Positions 43,482 through 54,537 of a stretch of 64,000 bases of DNA are shown in pieces. The translations under genes were made by a program, and so were the position numbers. The notes beneath the pieces are model-generated. The model saw nothing but the letters and a program-made list of their open reading frames with translations, did no database searches and was not told the DNA's origin. The first letter of the stretch is position 1; each line of letters begins with the position of its first letter. The DNA comes from Mycoplasmatales bacterium (lineage in GTDB: Bacteria; Bacillota_I; Bacilli_A; Mycoplasmatales; JABAAY01): assembly GCA_014238225.1 (NCBI GenBank), contig JABABL010000002.1, positions 17,664 through 81,663 of the forward strand. The letters run 5' to 3'.

Positions 43482-44585
43482 TTATACTAACCCTTTTTTA
43501 AATTTGTCTCATCTATCTTTTATTATTGTTGGCGGTGAATATTCAGGCGCTTTATCATCTAGCAATCACGTTGCTGCATAATGAGTCTCACTAATTTTTT
43601 TCAGATCAGGTTTTTCAACGAAATCAATGTTTAAACTGTAATCATTTCTTGGAGCAAAAGCATCTCCTTTGATAGTTGCAATATTTAATGGAACAGAACC
43701 ATGTATTGAGTGCAGTCTTTTATTTCCAGAATTAACATCTGGTGAGGACATTATCAAGCCTCAAGTGTAAGGGTGTTGAGAATTAAACAACACTTCTCTT
43801 GCTGTACCGATTTCAACAATTTTTCCTGCGTACATAACAGCAATCCTATTTGCAATAGAACTAACAACTCCTAAATCATGAGTTATAAAAATTGCACTTT
43901 TGTTGAAGGAGTTTTGTAATTCTCTTATTATTTTTAGAATTTCAGCCTCGACTGTTGGATCTAGTGCTGTAGTGGGTTCATCAAAAATAATAACTTCAGG
44001 ATTACATGCTAATGCAGCACAAATAACAATTCTTTGTTTTTGTCCTCCACTGATTTCATGAGGAAACAAATTATAAACTCTCTCGGGATTTTTTATTTTT
44101 ACTTGACGCATAAGGTGAAGGGCTTTTTCCTTTGCTTCTTTTTTGCTTTTAGTAATCTTGTGAATTAGAAAACTTTCCCTGATTTGTTTTCCGACTTTAT
44201 AGACAGGGTTTAAAGTGCTAAGTGGATTTTGAAAAATTTTAGTAATAACAGAACCTCTTAGTTTTTGTCATTGTTTCTCTTTGTGCTTTGTAACATCCTG
44301 TTCTTTGATTTTAATTGAACCGGTGGTGTAAACTGAACCTTTAGGAGCCAATCCCATTAGTGTGCTTGTTAAAACTGTTTTCCCACAGCCTGATTCCCCA
44401 ACAAATGCTAGTACTTCCTTCTTGTGTAGACGAAAGCTCACATTTTCAACAATTTTTTTCCCTTTTCGGGCACTTTTTTTCTTTTTAATTTCCAAAGAAA
44501 GATTGCTCACATCAATTAACACGTTGGACTCTTCGTTAGTGTTTTTTATTATTGGTGTTGTTTTTTTTAGTAGTTTTTTTTTCAT
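43482..44585 (-). CDS. oppD: Oligopeptide ABC transporter ATP-binding protein OppD
   Basis: 367 aa. Walker A 'GESGCGKTV', signature 'ISGGQKQRIVICAAL', Walker B 'VIIFDEPTTALD', and 'HPYTW...' are present. I traced the C-terminus through two TGA codons to TAA at 43482. Confidence 0.88.
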
Positions 44586-45571
44586 TATCTGTTAGCCTTA
44601 AATACATTTTGAAATGCATAACCTATCATCTGTATTGATAACGTGATTATTAGAATAAATATTATTGGGAATAGAAGGGTTAGCGGGCTTGTTGCAAGTA
44701 ATTGACTTTGGTTTCCTATTATGTTGCCTAAAGTAACATCACCGCTTGCAAAACTAAGACTGAATCCAATTGCTCCAAAAGAAGTTTCAGCTATTATTAC
44801 ACTAGGAATAAGAAAAATAATATTAACTATAACGTAAGGAATAACCTTGGGTATGTAGTCTAAAATAATTTTATACCTTTTAGTTCCCAATATTCTAGAA
44901 GCAACATTGTACTCCAAGTTTTTTATTCTTATTACTTGTGCACGTACATTGAAATACATCGGAATTCATAGCGATATAACGAATATTAGCATAATAAAAC
45001 CAAAATTAATTTGATTTCCTCTGCTAACAAATTGTGCGTAAATAATTAGAAATAACGCAATTAAAGGAAAAAAGGTCAGTATTTTTACTATTACCTGTAA
45101 GAATTGATCGAATATGCTTTCTGCTCCGGAGGAAAACGCCCCCCCTATAATTCCCAAAGTGGTTCCTATAATAGTACATAAAACTGTAACCGCAATGGCA
45201 AGAGCTAAAGAGGTTCCAACTCCTACACCAATTAAAAGTAACATATTATTTCCGAAACTATCAGTTCCAAAAATATACTGGGCCGATGGTGTGGCGTTAT
45301 TAAGAATGTTACCATTGCTACCAGCAATGGGACTTAAAACATCAATGTTATTAACTGCTAGGTAAATTGGAACTCCAATGATGTAAGCCAATAACAATAA
45401 GAATATTATTATCCCTATTCAAGCAAATCAGCTAGAAAAAAGCTCTCTAGACACTGTGGCTAATTTGCCATGATGTTTAAATTCTGAATCATCAGTTTTA
45501 CTAACTTCTTTATAGAATTGCAATTGTCCTAGGGGTGTTATTGTTCTGAAAAAAGTATTTATTTCTCCCAT
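44585..45571 (-). CDS. oppC: Oligopeptide ABC transporter permease OppC
   Basis: 328 aa, multi-TM. 'NVASRILGTKRYKIILDYIPKVIPYV' is an EAA-like loop. Operon position. Confidence 0.8.
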
Positions 45572-45572
45572 T

Positions 45573-46526
45573 TTATCCTTTTCTCACTCTTGGATCTAAA
45601 ACCAAATATAAAATATCTCGTGCTGCATATCCTAATAAAACTATAAGAGAACCTACAAAACTTATCACAAATGCTACATTATATTCTGTTTGCTGAATAG
45701 CTTGTATTAAATTTTTTCCGGCTCCCGGTATATTAAAAATTGTTTCCGTAAAGGCAGCTCCGCTAATAGCGGCGAATAGACTAATTGGGGCAACAGTAGC
45801 AACTGGGTATAAGACTTGTTTAATAGAGTGCACACTGGCAATTCTGAAATTGGATACTCCTTTTGCTTTTGCAAAGGTAATGTATTGTTCCTTTGACTCA
45901 TTTATAACGGCCGTTCGTACAAGAAAAAAGGACGCTGGTAAAGATATGAACAAAATAGTAAAGAACGGAAGAATAAGAGAAATAACTGGTCTTGCACTAT
46001 TGTACGAAGCAGGAAGGTTTTCTCCAAAATTAATAGAGCCCAAATATGAGAAGAAGATTGCTAGAATGACAGCAGGAGTACTTAACAAAACTCCATGTAT
46101 CAAGGAAAGAAAACTATCTGATGTCTTACCAACTCGATTACCAGCAATAATTCCAAAAGCCGTTCCTGCCAAAATAGAAAGAGCGGTTGCTGGTAATGTG
46201 TATTGTAATGAAGTTAAAAAGTAAGAAAAAACAAACTGAGTTACCTGCAATCCAGGAGAAGACACATAGGAAACTCCAAGAGATCCTGTTTGAAAAAAAA
46301 GCGAAACGTATCTTATAAATTGTTCACCAAGCGGTAAATCTAGTCCTAATTCTCTTCTTCGAAATTCTATTTGTTCTGGTGTGGTTCCCTGTCCAACTGA
46401 TCCAACATTGCCAGGTAGGCTTCTAAATAAAAAGAAAAAAACAATGAATAGTAAAGCGGAAAAAAAGATTATTTCAAAGAAAGTAAGAAGAAGTCTTAAT
46501 AGTATTTTTTTCGAGTGTTCTGACAT
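45573..46526 (-). CDS. oppB: Oligopeptide ABC transporter permease OppB
   Basis: 317 aa. 'YITFAKAKGVSNFRIASVHSIKQVLYPVATV' is an EAA loop. It ends 'LDPRVRKG', typical of the DppB/OppB family. Confidence 0.85.
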   Translation of the reverse strand: MSEHSKKILLRLLLTFFEIIFFSALLFIVFFFLFRSLPGNVGSVGQGTTPEQIEFRRRELGLDLPLGEQFIRYVSLFFQTGSLGVSYVSSPGLQVTQFVFSYFLTSLQYTLPATALSILAGTAFGIIAGNRVGKTSDSFLSLIHGVLLSTPAVILAIFFSYLGSINFGENLPASYNSARPVISLILPFFTILFISLPASFFLVRTAVINESKEQYITFAKAKGVSNFRIASVHSIKQVLYPVATVAPISLFAAISGAAFTETIFNIPGAGKNLIQAIQQTEYNVAFVISFVGSLIVLLGYAARDILYLVLDPRVRKG

Positions 46527-49333
46527 TAAAATATGTTTCCTCCATTGGAAGCACTTACAAATTGAGAAACTGTGGGTAGCTGATAAGTGCGGCCATTAAT
46601 TGTAACGACTGTTCCATCAAGATAACCGTTGTAGTATGAAAAGAATCCTGTCGAGCTTTCTGCTAATCCTGCTATTCTATTTACTGTTGTTTGAGCCTGA
46701 CTAATGGTGTAACCCATAGCCGGAACGTCATTATAAAAAGCCTTAAGCAGTGTATTAATATACCCTCATTGTGAGGCATCACTATCGTAAAAATTGTTGG
46801 AAGCGTTTGCCACGGTTAAGTTGGGTAAATTACTGAATACTTCACCAGCAGTTACGGTGGTGGCAGAACCAGAAGAAGAGAAGGGGCCCATTCCATTTAA
46901 ATTCAGATTATTTTGATTTCTTAAATCCACCGAACCTTGTTCAGAACTTGAGTTACTTCAAAAATCATAATATTCTGATGTTGCAAAAGATCAGTTTCCA
47001 CCAGAAGCTAAAGCAAATGTTGGATCTGTTTGACCAAAGATTCCACTAAAAAAGTCAAATGGCGTGTTTGTATCTGCACCTCATCCGCGGATGGATAAGT
47101 CAAAATTATGTGTTGTTCCAAAAATTCCTGATGGAGAAAAGAATTGCGATGTTGGTATTATATTGTCCTGAAATCCTAAATTAAGACGAGAAGACATACT
47201 ATTAAGTGTTTGCAATCCTTCTTGTAATCACAGTACATAAGGAGGAACGCCGCCAGTTCCAGAACCAGCACTTCTCGCAAAATTAATTGTTCTTGAAAGT
47301 GATGCTGAACCATCTGGTGTGTTTTGTAAAAATTGATTTAAAAAGTATTCAGCAATTTGTAAACTAAATCTCTGGTCTGTTCTTGCCGACTCAGGAATGG
47401 TTAATCAAGTGTTTAAATCGTACGTATTAGAAGAGAAACCTCCTGAATTTAAGATATTATCATAAACTGTGCTACCGGCCGAACTAGAAAGGTCTCCTGT
47501 AAGTACACTATTTCCTGATCCAGTATACTGAACAACTGAACCAGAAGTTTGATAATCAAATTCTTCTGACTCAACTGAAATAGCTCTTCCGTCGTCATTG
47601 ATATAGTATTCGACTCCGTTTGAATCAGTTACTCTTCCGGATGTATAGTCTGTTAAACTTATCGAAACATTTCCTTGATTTCCAGTTGTACCTATGGGAA
47701 TAGAAACTCTCGAATCACCCCCTAGATTATAAGGAATAAATGCCGACTTTGCAGGAATAATGGTCGCAGTTTGAGCAAGTTGATCAACTCTTTGAGCGTT
47801 TAAAATTCATGAAAAGGCTCTCCTAAAGTTTACATCGAAAATAGGAGATGTTTGAGCGTTCCTAGCCATAGCACCTGTGTTGGCGTTAGGTGCCAAGAAA
47901 TATGAAAAGTAAAATAATGCTGGTGATCCAGTATTTGTAATACGATAAGGAGCAAGAGCCGCCTCTCTTAATTCTGGGCGATTGGCATCTGTCACTGTCA
48001 CACTGTTGGCTAAACTTCCGATAGCTCAGTCAATAGCTCCAGCACGAAAGTTTTGATAGTACCCTCCCGATGCCGCTGTTTGAATAATAACACCGTCGTT
48101 TAGGGTGCTGTTAGCTTTATAGTACTCTTCGCTTTTAGCAAATGTTCCACTAAAACCATAAATGACATCACTATATCTAAAAGGACCACTTGTAATTGTA
48201 CTAAAAGGTGCAGCAAAATAGTCACTGCCTGACTCTGTTTGTCTAGAATTATAAAATTCCATGTTTGTTGGAAACGAACTTCCGTGTGTTAGTAAAGAAA
48301 GAAAGGTTTCATTAGGAGGAAGAAAATCAAACAAATATGTAATTGACTTTGCTGGAACTAAACCGGTATTTAGACCTGCGATTTCTGAACTATTAAAGTA
48401 GTTTCGTATTTCTGAACTGTACTGAGATGTTCAGTTAATTTGACCTAGTGATTCAATAGACTGAGCAGAATCGCCATCATTAAAAATAACTCCGAACCCA
48501 GTTGTACACGAGTTTAATCTACCCCACGCTACGTTTCTTTCTGATTCACTTTGACTATCATCAAAAGAAGAAAAACAAGCATTAGGCCCCGTAAGAGCTC
48601 CCAAAGGGGCAAGTTGAGTTCATGGTGCAATGGTTCCACTGTTCCTAGCCAAAATTATTCTTAAAGTATTGTAATAATCGCTTGGTAAAACATCTGCTGT
48701 TTCTCTTGTGGTTATTCCGTTTTCCTCAATAGTGTTGATAAAATTGTCGTTTTGGTCTCGTCACCTTGGTGAGTTAACTACTCCGTTTGTAGGGTCTGTG
48801 TTGTCTCCCATTAAAAAGGTAAAACCGCGATATGAGGTTGTCTCTTGCCCATTTGACTGAGCAACATCGTTAATTCAAAGAGGACGATAATATTCAGCAA
48901 CTGCTGGGTCTCTTCTTTCTCTTCTCACTAATCCGTCTTGACCGGGCTGTGCGAATGGGGAGGAAGAACCTTCAAATACTAGGTCGTTCCCTTCTTGGTC
49001 TGTAACATTGCCGTTATACACGTATGATAATGGTTGAATGTCAAGCAGTTCATTGAAACCACCTTCTAAATCAATGCTTCCTACAGGACTATTCATAATA
49101 TCTAGTCTGTTTCTTGGCGAGATTAAAGGTGTTTCAACCAATGAAGCAGCATTAAGAGGTGAAGCCAAATTATCAATTAAGTAATTAAGACCGTCTCAAG
49201 AAACGTCTCCTAGGGTTAAAAATCCTCTTGTTGGTTGAGGCGCACAAGCTTGTGCTACAGTTGCAAAAAATCCCAGTCCCAGAGCAGAAACTGCTCCAAC
49301 TAGTAGGTGTTTTTTGATCCTTTTTTTTCTCAA
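46526..49333 (-). CDS. oppA: Large substrate-binding lipoprotein of the opp operon (OppA-like, 935 aa)
   Basis: I scanned the frame codon by codon and found only TGA codons inside. TTG start at 49333, downstream of AAAGGA. N-terminus '(M)RKKRIKKHLLVGAVSALGLGFFATVAQAC' is a signal peptide plus lipobox Cys. The function is assigned from operon position and size only. Confidence 0.65.
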
Positions 49334-49395
49334 AGCATCCTTTCTTTAATGAACAAGTGTATATTATTTATTATAGTAAATAATATTACTGGGTA

Positions 49396-50265
49396 CTATT
49401 CTACGATTACTTTTTTTAACAAAACAAATGCTTTGTTGCTCATGGATGAAGCCAAGAAAATCTCAACTGGAAGCAAAATAATGTGTGGCAGTAAAGAAAT
49501 TAAAAATGGTATTCCTAGTAAGATTTGAAAATAAAATGGAGTTGCAAATAAACTTATGGGGAGAAACAGAAGCGTACATACGATAGCGAACTTTAAAACA
49601 CTCGTGTTTTTTTTGTTCGAATAAAAGTGAAGAAACGCAAATACGGAGAGAATAAATGCTCCAATTGTTCCGATAACTAAAATAATAATTCCTTGGAGTT
49701 CAATGGAAAGGGATGATAATAAGTCAGTGCTTGTAAATAACTCATGAATAAAACTATTTCAAAAGCTTATCTGAACAATTTGAAAAAGTCATCCTACCGC
49801 CAACAGAAAGTACATGACTACATTGACGGTGATTAAAGAATTTGAATTTACTGTTATTTTTCTATTAAACAAATTTATTAATGCTCCTGGGAGAAAACCT
49901 ATTAAACAGGCATTGAATAAAAAACCAGCAAAAAAAACTCCTCCAGATAAAGCAAATCCAAAGTTATTTGCCATAAACGCCACTAAAACTCCAAAAAAGG
50001 GACCATACAAAACACTAACAAGAATTGTTGTAACATCACCAGTAATTCTTAACAACGACCCTATAAATGGAATGACATAAGCATAATTGGAAATAATTGT
50101 CAAAACAACATTCATCGCCAAGAGCAAGGCACAAATCGCAATTTTTTGCTTTGAAAGAGAGAAATTAAACCTTGGATTCTTTTTTTGTACAATACTAGCC
50201 ATAACAAAGACAATTAAGATTAAAAATGAAAATACAACATTAATAACTATCATGTTGGTTGTCAT
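49396..50265 (-). CDS. ECF-transporter S-component-like membrane protein (FolT-like), extended (289 aa)
   Basis: 'QKIAICALLLAMNVVLTIISNYAYVIPFIGSLLRITGDVTTILVSVLYGPFFGVLVAFMANNFGFAL' matches my recollection of the folate S-component pattern. It reads through TGA 49789 into 3-4 more TM segments. Adjacent to folC. Confidence 0.55.
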
Positions 50266-51373
50266 TAACGTATTTTAGCACATTTGCAATGAAATAAAAA
50301 CTACCTGTAAATATAAAAACTGTTTCTGGTTCAGTTTTTTGTAAATATTCAGAAAGAGATGTAAGTGTGACATTGTGAATCTTTTGTAAACTTTTGGGTG
50401 ACTCAAACGTGACATACTTGACTACAAATAATTGTTTTGATAAAAGTTCAACCATAGGTTTTCATTTTTTTTCTTTATTGAGTCCGACAACAACAGTACA
50501 CTTATTGTGAAATTTTTGGCTTATTTTGAAAATTAAGTGTTCTAATGCCTCCGTGTTGTGTGCCGGGTCAACATACATGTTGTTGCTAATTTTGCTGAAT
50601 CGATATTTCACATTATATTTCTTGATTATATTTTTTCCTTGATTCATTTTTTGAAGAATGAAATTAGCAAATGAAGTATTTTTTTTAAAAAAGTCTTGTG
50701 ATTTTGTTTTAAAACAATAATCTTGAATATCGTTCTTTTGTAAGTATTTTTTTATAAATGAGTTTATTTTTTTATATGGAGTTTTAACTCAAAAAAAGAT
50801 CTTTGTCTTGTCGGCAACCCGTATTTTGTTTTTCGTTATTTTCAAATAAGAATGTCCAAGTATTTTTTCATGATCTTTACTAATAGATGTTAGTGCCGCA
50901 TATTGATGAGGGATGTAGTTTACACAATCCCACAATGCACCTATTCCACACTCTAGAATACAGAGGTTAATTTTATTTTGTTTAAAAAAAAATATGGCAA
51001 TAAAAGTCATGATTTCAAAAAAACCAAAATTTTCAAGACTAGCAATTTCATTAATTGCTTTGTATGTATTAATAAAAGCAGTATTTGATATATTTTGATT
51101 ATTAATTTTTATTCGCTCATTTACTACTAATACATGGGGACTAGTGAAAGTTCCTACTTTCTTATAATGCTTCATGAATGCTTCCCCCAAGAGGTGTGTT
51201 GTGCTGCTCTTCCCGTTTGTGCCAGCAATAGTAAATACAGTGAAATCATTTTCATAAATGTCTAACTTCCGTAATGTTTCTAAGAAAATTTCTTTTCTTT
51301 TTTTCTTACTAAGGTTGTTTTTTTGAGAGAAAATTTTTTGAGTTAATAAACTAAACTCGTCCTTAATAAACAT
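50240..51373 (-). CDS. folC: Folylpolyglutamate synthase / dihydrofolate synthase family protein
   Basis: 377 aa across two TGA codons. Mur-ligase P-loop 'FTIAGTNGKSSTTHLLGEAF', 'ECGIGALWDCVN', 'SISKDHEKILG' are present. Confidence 0.8.
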
Positions 51374-52259
51374 CCTCCGCTTTCCGGAGCAACGAGGCTA
51401 ATGTTTTTCAAACAAAATAAATAATTACTGTATTAAACGCAAGTTCAAAAGGAGCAATGATTAATCTGCCTAAAAATAGAGAGGAATAGGTTATGGGAAT
51501 ACCGAGCGCTTGAATATCAGCCCACGGTGTTATTAGAACTGCTACAAAATATTCAGTCAACACACTTAAAAAGAAAATAGGTAGTATTGTTTGCAATTTA
51601 GATTTTCTTTTGGGATGCTTAAAAAATAGAATAATCCCAAAATAAAACAAGGAAACCATAGCGATGCTCAGAATTATAAGAACTATGCCTGCCTCTCCTG
51701 GAATACTTATTCCTCCGCCTTGACTGTTTCCAGAAAATATGGGAATTGAACCTGATAAACCTTGCGGTCCTGTTAATAAAATAATCAAACCAATTATGGT
51801 GAAAATAAATAAAATTGTAGTGGTTCAAAAACTAGTGGTTGTTTTTAGTTTTTTTGAGTGACTCAATATTTTACATAAGCCTCCAAATAATCCGTAAAGT
51901 AAGATGGCTATTGTGTAACCCGGTTGAATAAAATTAGGCCTTAAGAGAAGAACAAGAATTTCAGTTACAATCCCCATTAATACTCCAACAAGTGGTCCAA
52001 AGGCAAACCCCCCAATTTTAATTAAAATTCCTTCAAAAGCAATTCTAAACCCGGGATATGCAACAAGAGGGGTGTATGTCGTAATTAAAATTACAAGAGC
52101 AACACTTATAGAAGATAGAATCGCGGTATAAGTAATTCTTTTTGTTGGTATTTTAAATTCTTTTTTTAAAAAATAAAGGAATTTACGGATGTTTAATCCA
52201 GTAACTTTTTGACGAGATTTAATGAATCTAACTATTGCGTTTGAATTTTTTTTTTCCAT
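51363..52259 (-). CDS. Second ECF S-component-like membrane protein (298 aa)
   Basis: 'ITYTAILSSISVALVILITTYTPLVAYPGFRIAFEGILIKIGGFAFGPLVGVLMGIVTEILVLLL' follows the same pattern as 49396-50265. It continues across TGA 51825 and TGA 51408 and overlaps the folC start by 11 nt. Confidence 0.5.
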
Positions 52260-52270
52260 TCCCTATAATG

Positions 52271-52942
52271 TTATCAAAGAATAGGCAATAGCTCATTATG
52301 TTTCAAAATTTCATTAATTTTCTTAAAAATATTTCTTCTGTAAAAGTTCTTGTTGAAAGCAAACGGAGAAGGATGACTCGTATTAATAACGTAATAAGTG
52401 TTCAAATTTAATTCTTTAATTAAGTTTTGTGCTTGTACTCCCATAGCCAAAAAAACTACAGTTTTCCTTTGGGTGATTTCCCTTAAAACATTCCTAGTAA
52501 ACTTTTCTCATCCAAGATTACGATGTGATAGTGGATGTCCTTCTCTAACCGTCAAAACTGTATTTAAAAGAAAGACACCTTGTGATACTCACTGCGTTAA
52601 ATCAGAGGATTTTGGTGTTATGTTAAATTCAAATTCTATCTGTTTGAAAATATTTTTTAGACTTGGAGGTATTTTGTTGTTCTTAGTACTAAAAGCAAAA
52701 CCGTCCGCAAAATTTTTAGTATGGTAAGGATCTTGCCCTAAAATTACCACCTTGATGCTTTTGAATTCAAGTTTTTCGAATACTCTAAATACATGGCGGA
52801 AAACAGGATAGCATGTGTGCCTATTAAATTCATCTTGAATTCTGTTGGAAAGATCAGTAAAGTATTCTTTTTTGCTTTCTTTTATGAAAAAGGGAGTTCA
52901 ATCGTTATTAATTTTATGAACTTCTTCTATAAGACTGACCAT
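52271..52942 (-). CDS. ung: Uracil-DNA glycosylase
   Basis: 223 aa. 'IKVVILGQDPYHTKNFADGFAFS' and 'VINTSHPSPFAF' are the family-1 UDG motifs. The terminal Trp is TGA, followed by TAA. Confidence 0.9.
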
Positions 52943-52948
52943 TATTTA

Positions 52949-53269
52949 TTAAGAAGGAAAGATAAATCCCCCGGCAAACAACACTATGATGATTATTATC
53001 ACAGCAACAACAACCAAAGTAAGATTTATTATAAAAAATGTAGAAAATCCAAATGTCTTGTCCGGTGTCTTTGTTTTTTGTTCTTCGGTCTTTAAAGGAG
53101 AGAAAGATGAAACACTTTTTTTTCTTTTTATTGTTTTATTAAGAATAGGATTTTCGATATTTCTCTTAGAAACAGGTTCCTTGTGGCCAGTAATCTTGCT
53201 TCCAGGAAGCTTTACTTTTACAACTTCTCGAAAATTTTCTCTACTATTTTGAATTTTGTTCTTTTTCAA
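52949..53269 (-). CDS. Small basic protein with C-terminal TM anchor (106 aa)
   Basis: MKKNKIQNSRENFREV...TFGFSTFFIINLTLVVVAVIIIIIVLFAGGFIFPS. It lies 6 nt upstream of ung. Confidence 0.45.
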   Translation of the reverse strand: MKKNKIQNSRENFREVVKVKLPGSKITGHKEPVSKRNIENPILNKTIKRKKSVSSFSPLKTEEQKTKTPDKTFGFSTFFIINLTLVVVAVIIIIIVLFAGGFIFPS

Positions 53270-53480
53270 TCTCTTCCCTTATTTTTAAGTAATCAAAATA
53301 ATTAATGGAACGATATTTATTGTTAAATGTTTCGATGAATATTTTACCGCCCTTGCCAAAGTACGCCTTTAGGCAAAACTTAATAGCTTCCTGTTCATTT
53401 GTAAAGCGACGAATGGTATTTCCCTTTTTACTTTTCTTCACAACTCACTTTTTACTTTCCTGAATAATGAAAATGTTCAT
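53244..53480 (-). CDS. Small hypothetical protein (78 aa), possibly DUF2188-like
   Basis: ATG at 53480, one TGA: MNIFIIQESKKWVVKKSKKGNTIRRFTNEQEAIKFCLKAYFGKGGKIFIETFNNKY.... The pattern 'W.V...g...r.F.t..eAi..a' resembles DUF2188 as I recall it. Confidence 0.35.
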
Positions 53481-53544
53481 AAGAATATTGTAAATAAAAA
53501 AATTATTATTTTAAAATATATTTGGTTTATTATATACTGATATT

Positions 53545-53796
53545 ATGAAATCACAACAAAAAGCAACACACGTAAAAAAGCCAATAAAAAAAGTAAGTAA
53601 ATCAGCGAAAAAGAATAAAAAAAATTCCAACGCTCCTGTAGTTAGGAACATTAAACGAGTAACCTTTATTAGTGTTGTGAGTTTGGCAGCCTTAGGCATT
53701 AATACAATTGTTAATAAAATAAGATCGATGTTTGCAAACGGACCAAAAAGCAAAAAATCTGATATTAAAGTCGAAGAAGAACACACAAATAATTAA
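53545..53796 (+). CDS. Small Lys-rich protein with one TM segment (83 aa)
   Basis: ATG..TAA: MKSQQKATHVKKPIKKVSKSAKKNKKNSNAPVVRNIKRVTFISVVSLAALGINTIVNKI.... The antisense ORF 53511-53786 is Phe-rich and looks like a shadow. Confidence 0.4.
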   Translation: MKSQQKATHVKKPIKKVSKSAKKNKKNSNAPVVRNIKRVTFISVVSLAALGINTIVNKIRSMFANGPKSKKSDIKVEEEHTNN

Positions 53797-53829
53797 CTTC
53801 TAAGTTGGGAGTTAATTATTTTAAATATA

Positions 53830-54528
53830 TTAGGTTGGGAGTTGAACATTGGTTACATTAAATAAAAAATTACTAGGATTTAAATAAAATACTGTTTCTG
53901 CACTGGGGGCATTTTCCCCTTGGTAGGTAATTTCTTCTCTTATTACTCCGCCGCCTGGCGTAGTGTTTATGTTTAATGCATTTATCTCTACATCTGCAGT
54001 CACTGCTAATGAGCTTCCACCTTGTAAATTGATTTCGCCAGTTATCGTTAAATTTATTGGGGAAGATGCATCTGATGCTGCATCAAATTTAATTCCTAAG
54101 TTTGTTCCTGAGACAGAATTTGAATCTGCAACAGGATTATTAACATCAAAAAAGGAAACTCCGCTGGGCAAGACATTATTTGCGGAAAAGGAAATTGGTG
54201 TAATTGTAAGAAACAGATATTCGCTTGTGAAACCACTAACATTTGAGTCGGCAGAGACAGGGCGACAGTTACTGCTAAATCCTGCTGTCTGGCAAGATTC
54301 ATTTAGACTGCCCCAAAGACTGCGGTGTGAATTAAAATTGCCGTCTGTATCGTTTGAAATAACATTACCAAAAACTATACGTCTAAAATAATTACTGTTC
54401 ATATTAGTGATGGTCGCAGTAGAAGGGGGGCCACATTGTTGTGCAACAACCGCTATTGTTCCTATGCCTAATATTCCTAAGCTTCCTAAACTTCCAACGA
54501 TTTTTTTATAATTTCTTTTTTTGTTCAT
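53830..54528 (-). CDS. S/T/N-rich lipoprotein (232 aa), AQQC-lipobox family
   Basis: 'MNKKRNYKKIVGSLGSLGILGIGTIAVVAQQCGPPS' is a signal peptide plus Cys. The mature part is rich in N/S/T/G and looks beta-rich. Confidence 0.7.
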   Translation of the reverse strand: MNKKRNYKKIVGSLGSLGILGIGTIAVVAQQCGPPSTATITNMNSNYFRRIVFGNVISNDTDGNFNSHRSLWGSLNESCQTAGFSSNCRPVSADSNVSGFTSEYLFLTITPISFSANNVLPSGVSFFDVNNPVADSNSVSGTNLGIKFDAASDASSPINLTITGEINLQGGSSLAVTADVEINALNINTTPGGGVIREEITYQGENAPSAETVFYLNPSNFLFNVTNVQLPT

Positions 54529-54537
54529 GCTTGTATT

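Noticed and set aside
53511-53786. The minus-strand 91-aa ORF overlapping the plus-strand 83-aa ORF
   Set aside because: Its F/L/C-rich sequence is typical of the antisense strand of a Lys-rich gene. The plus-strand reading gives a plausible basic single-TM protein. Both calls are low confidence.
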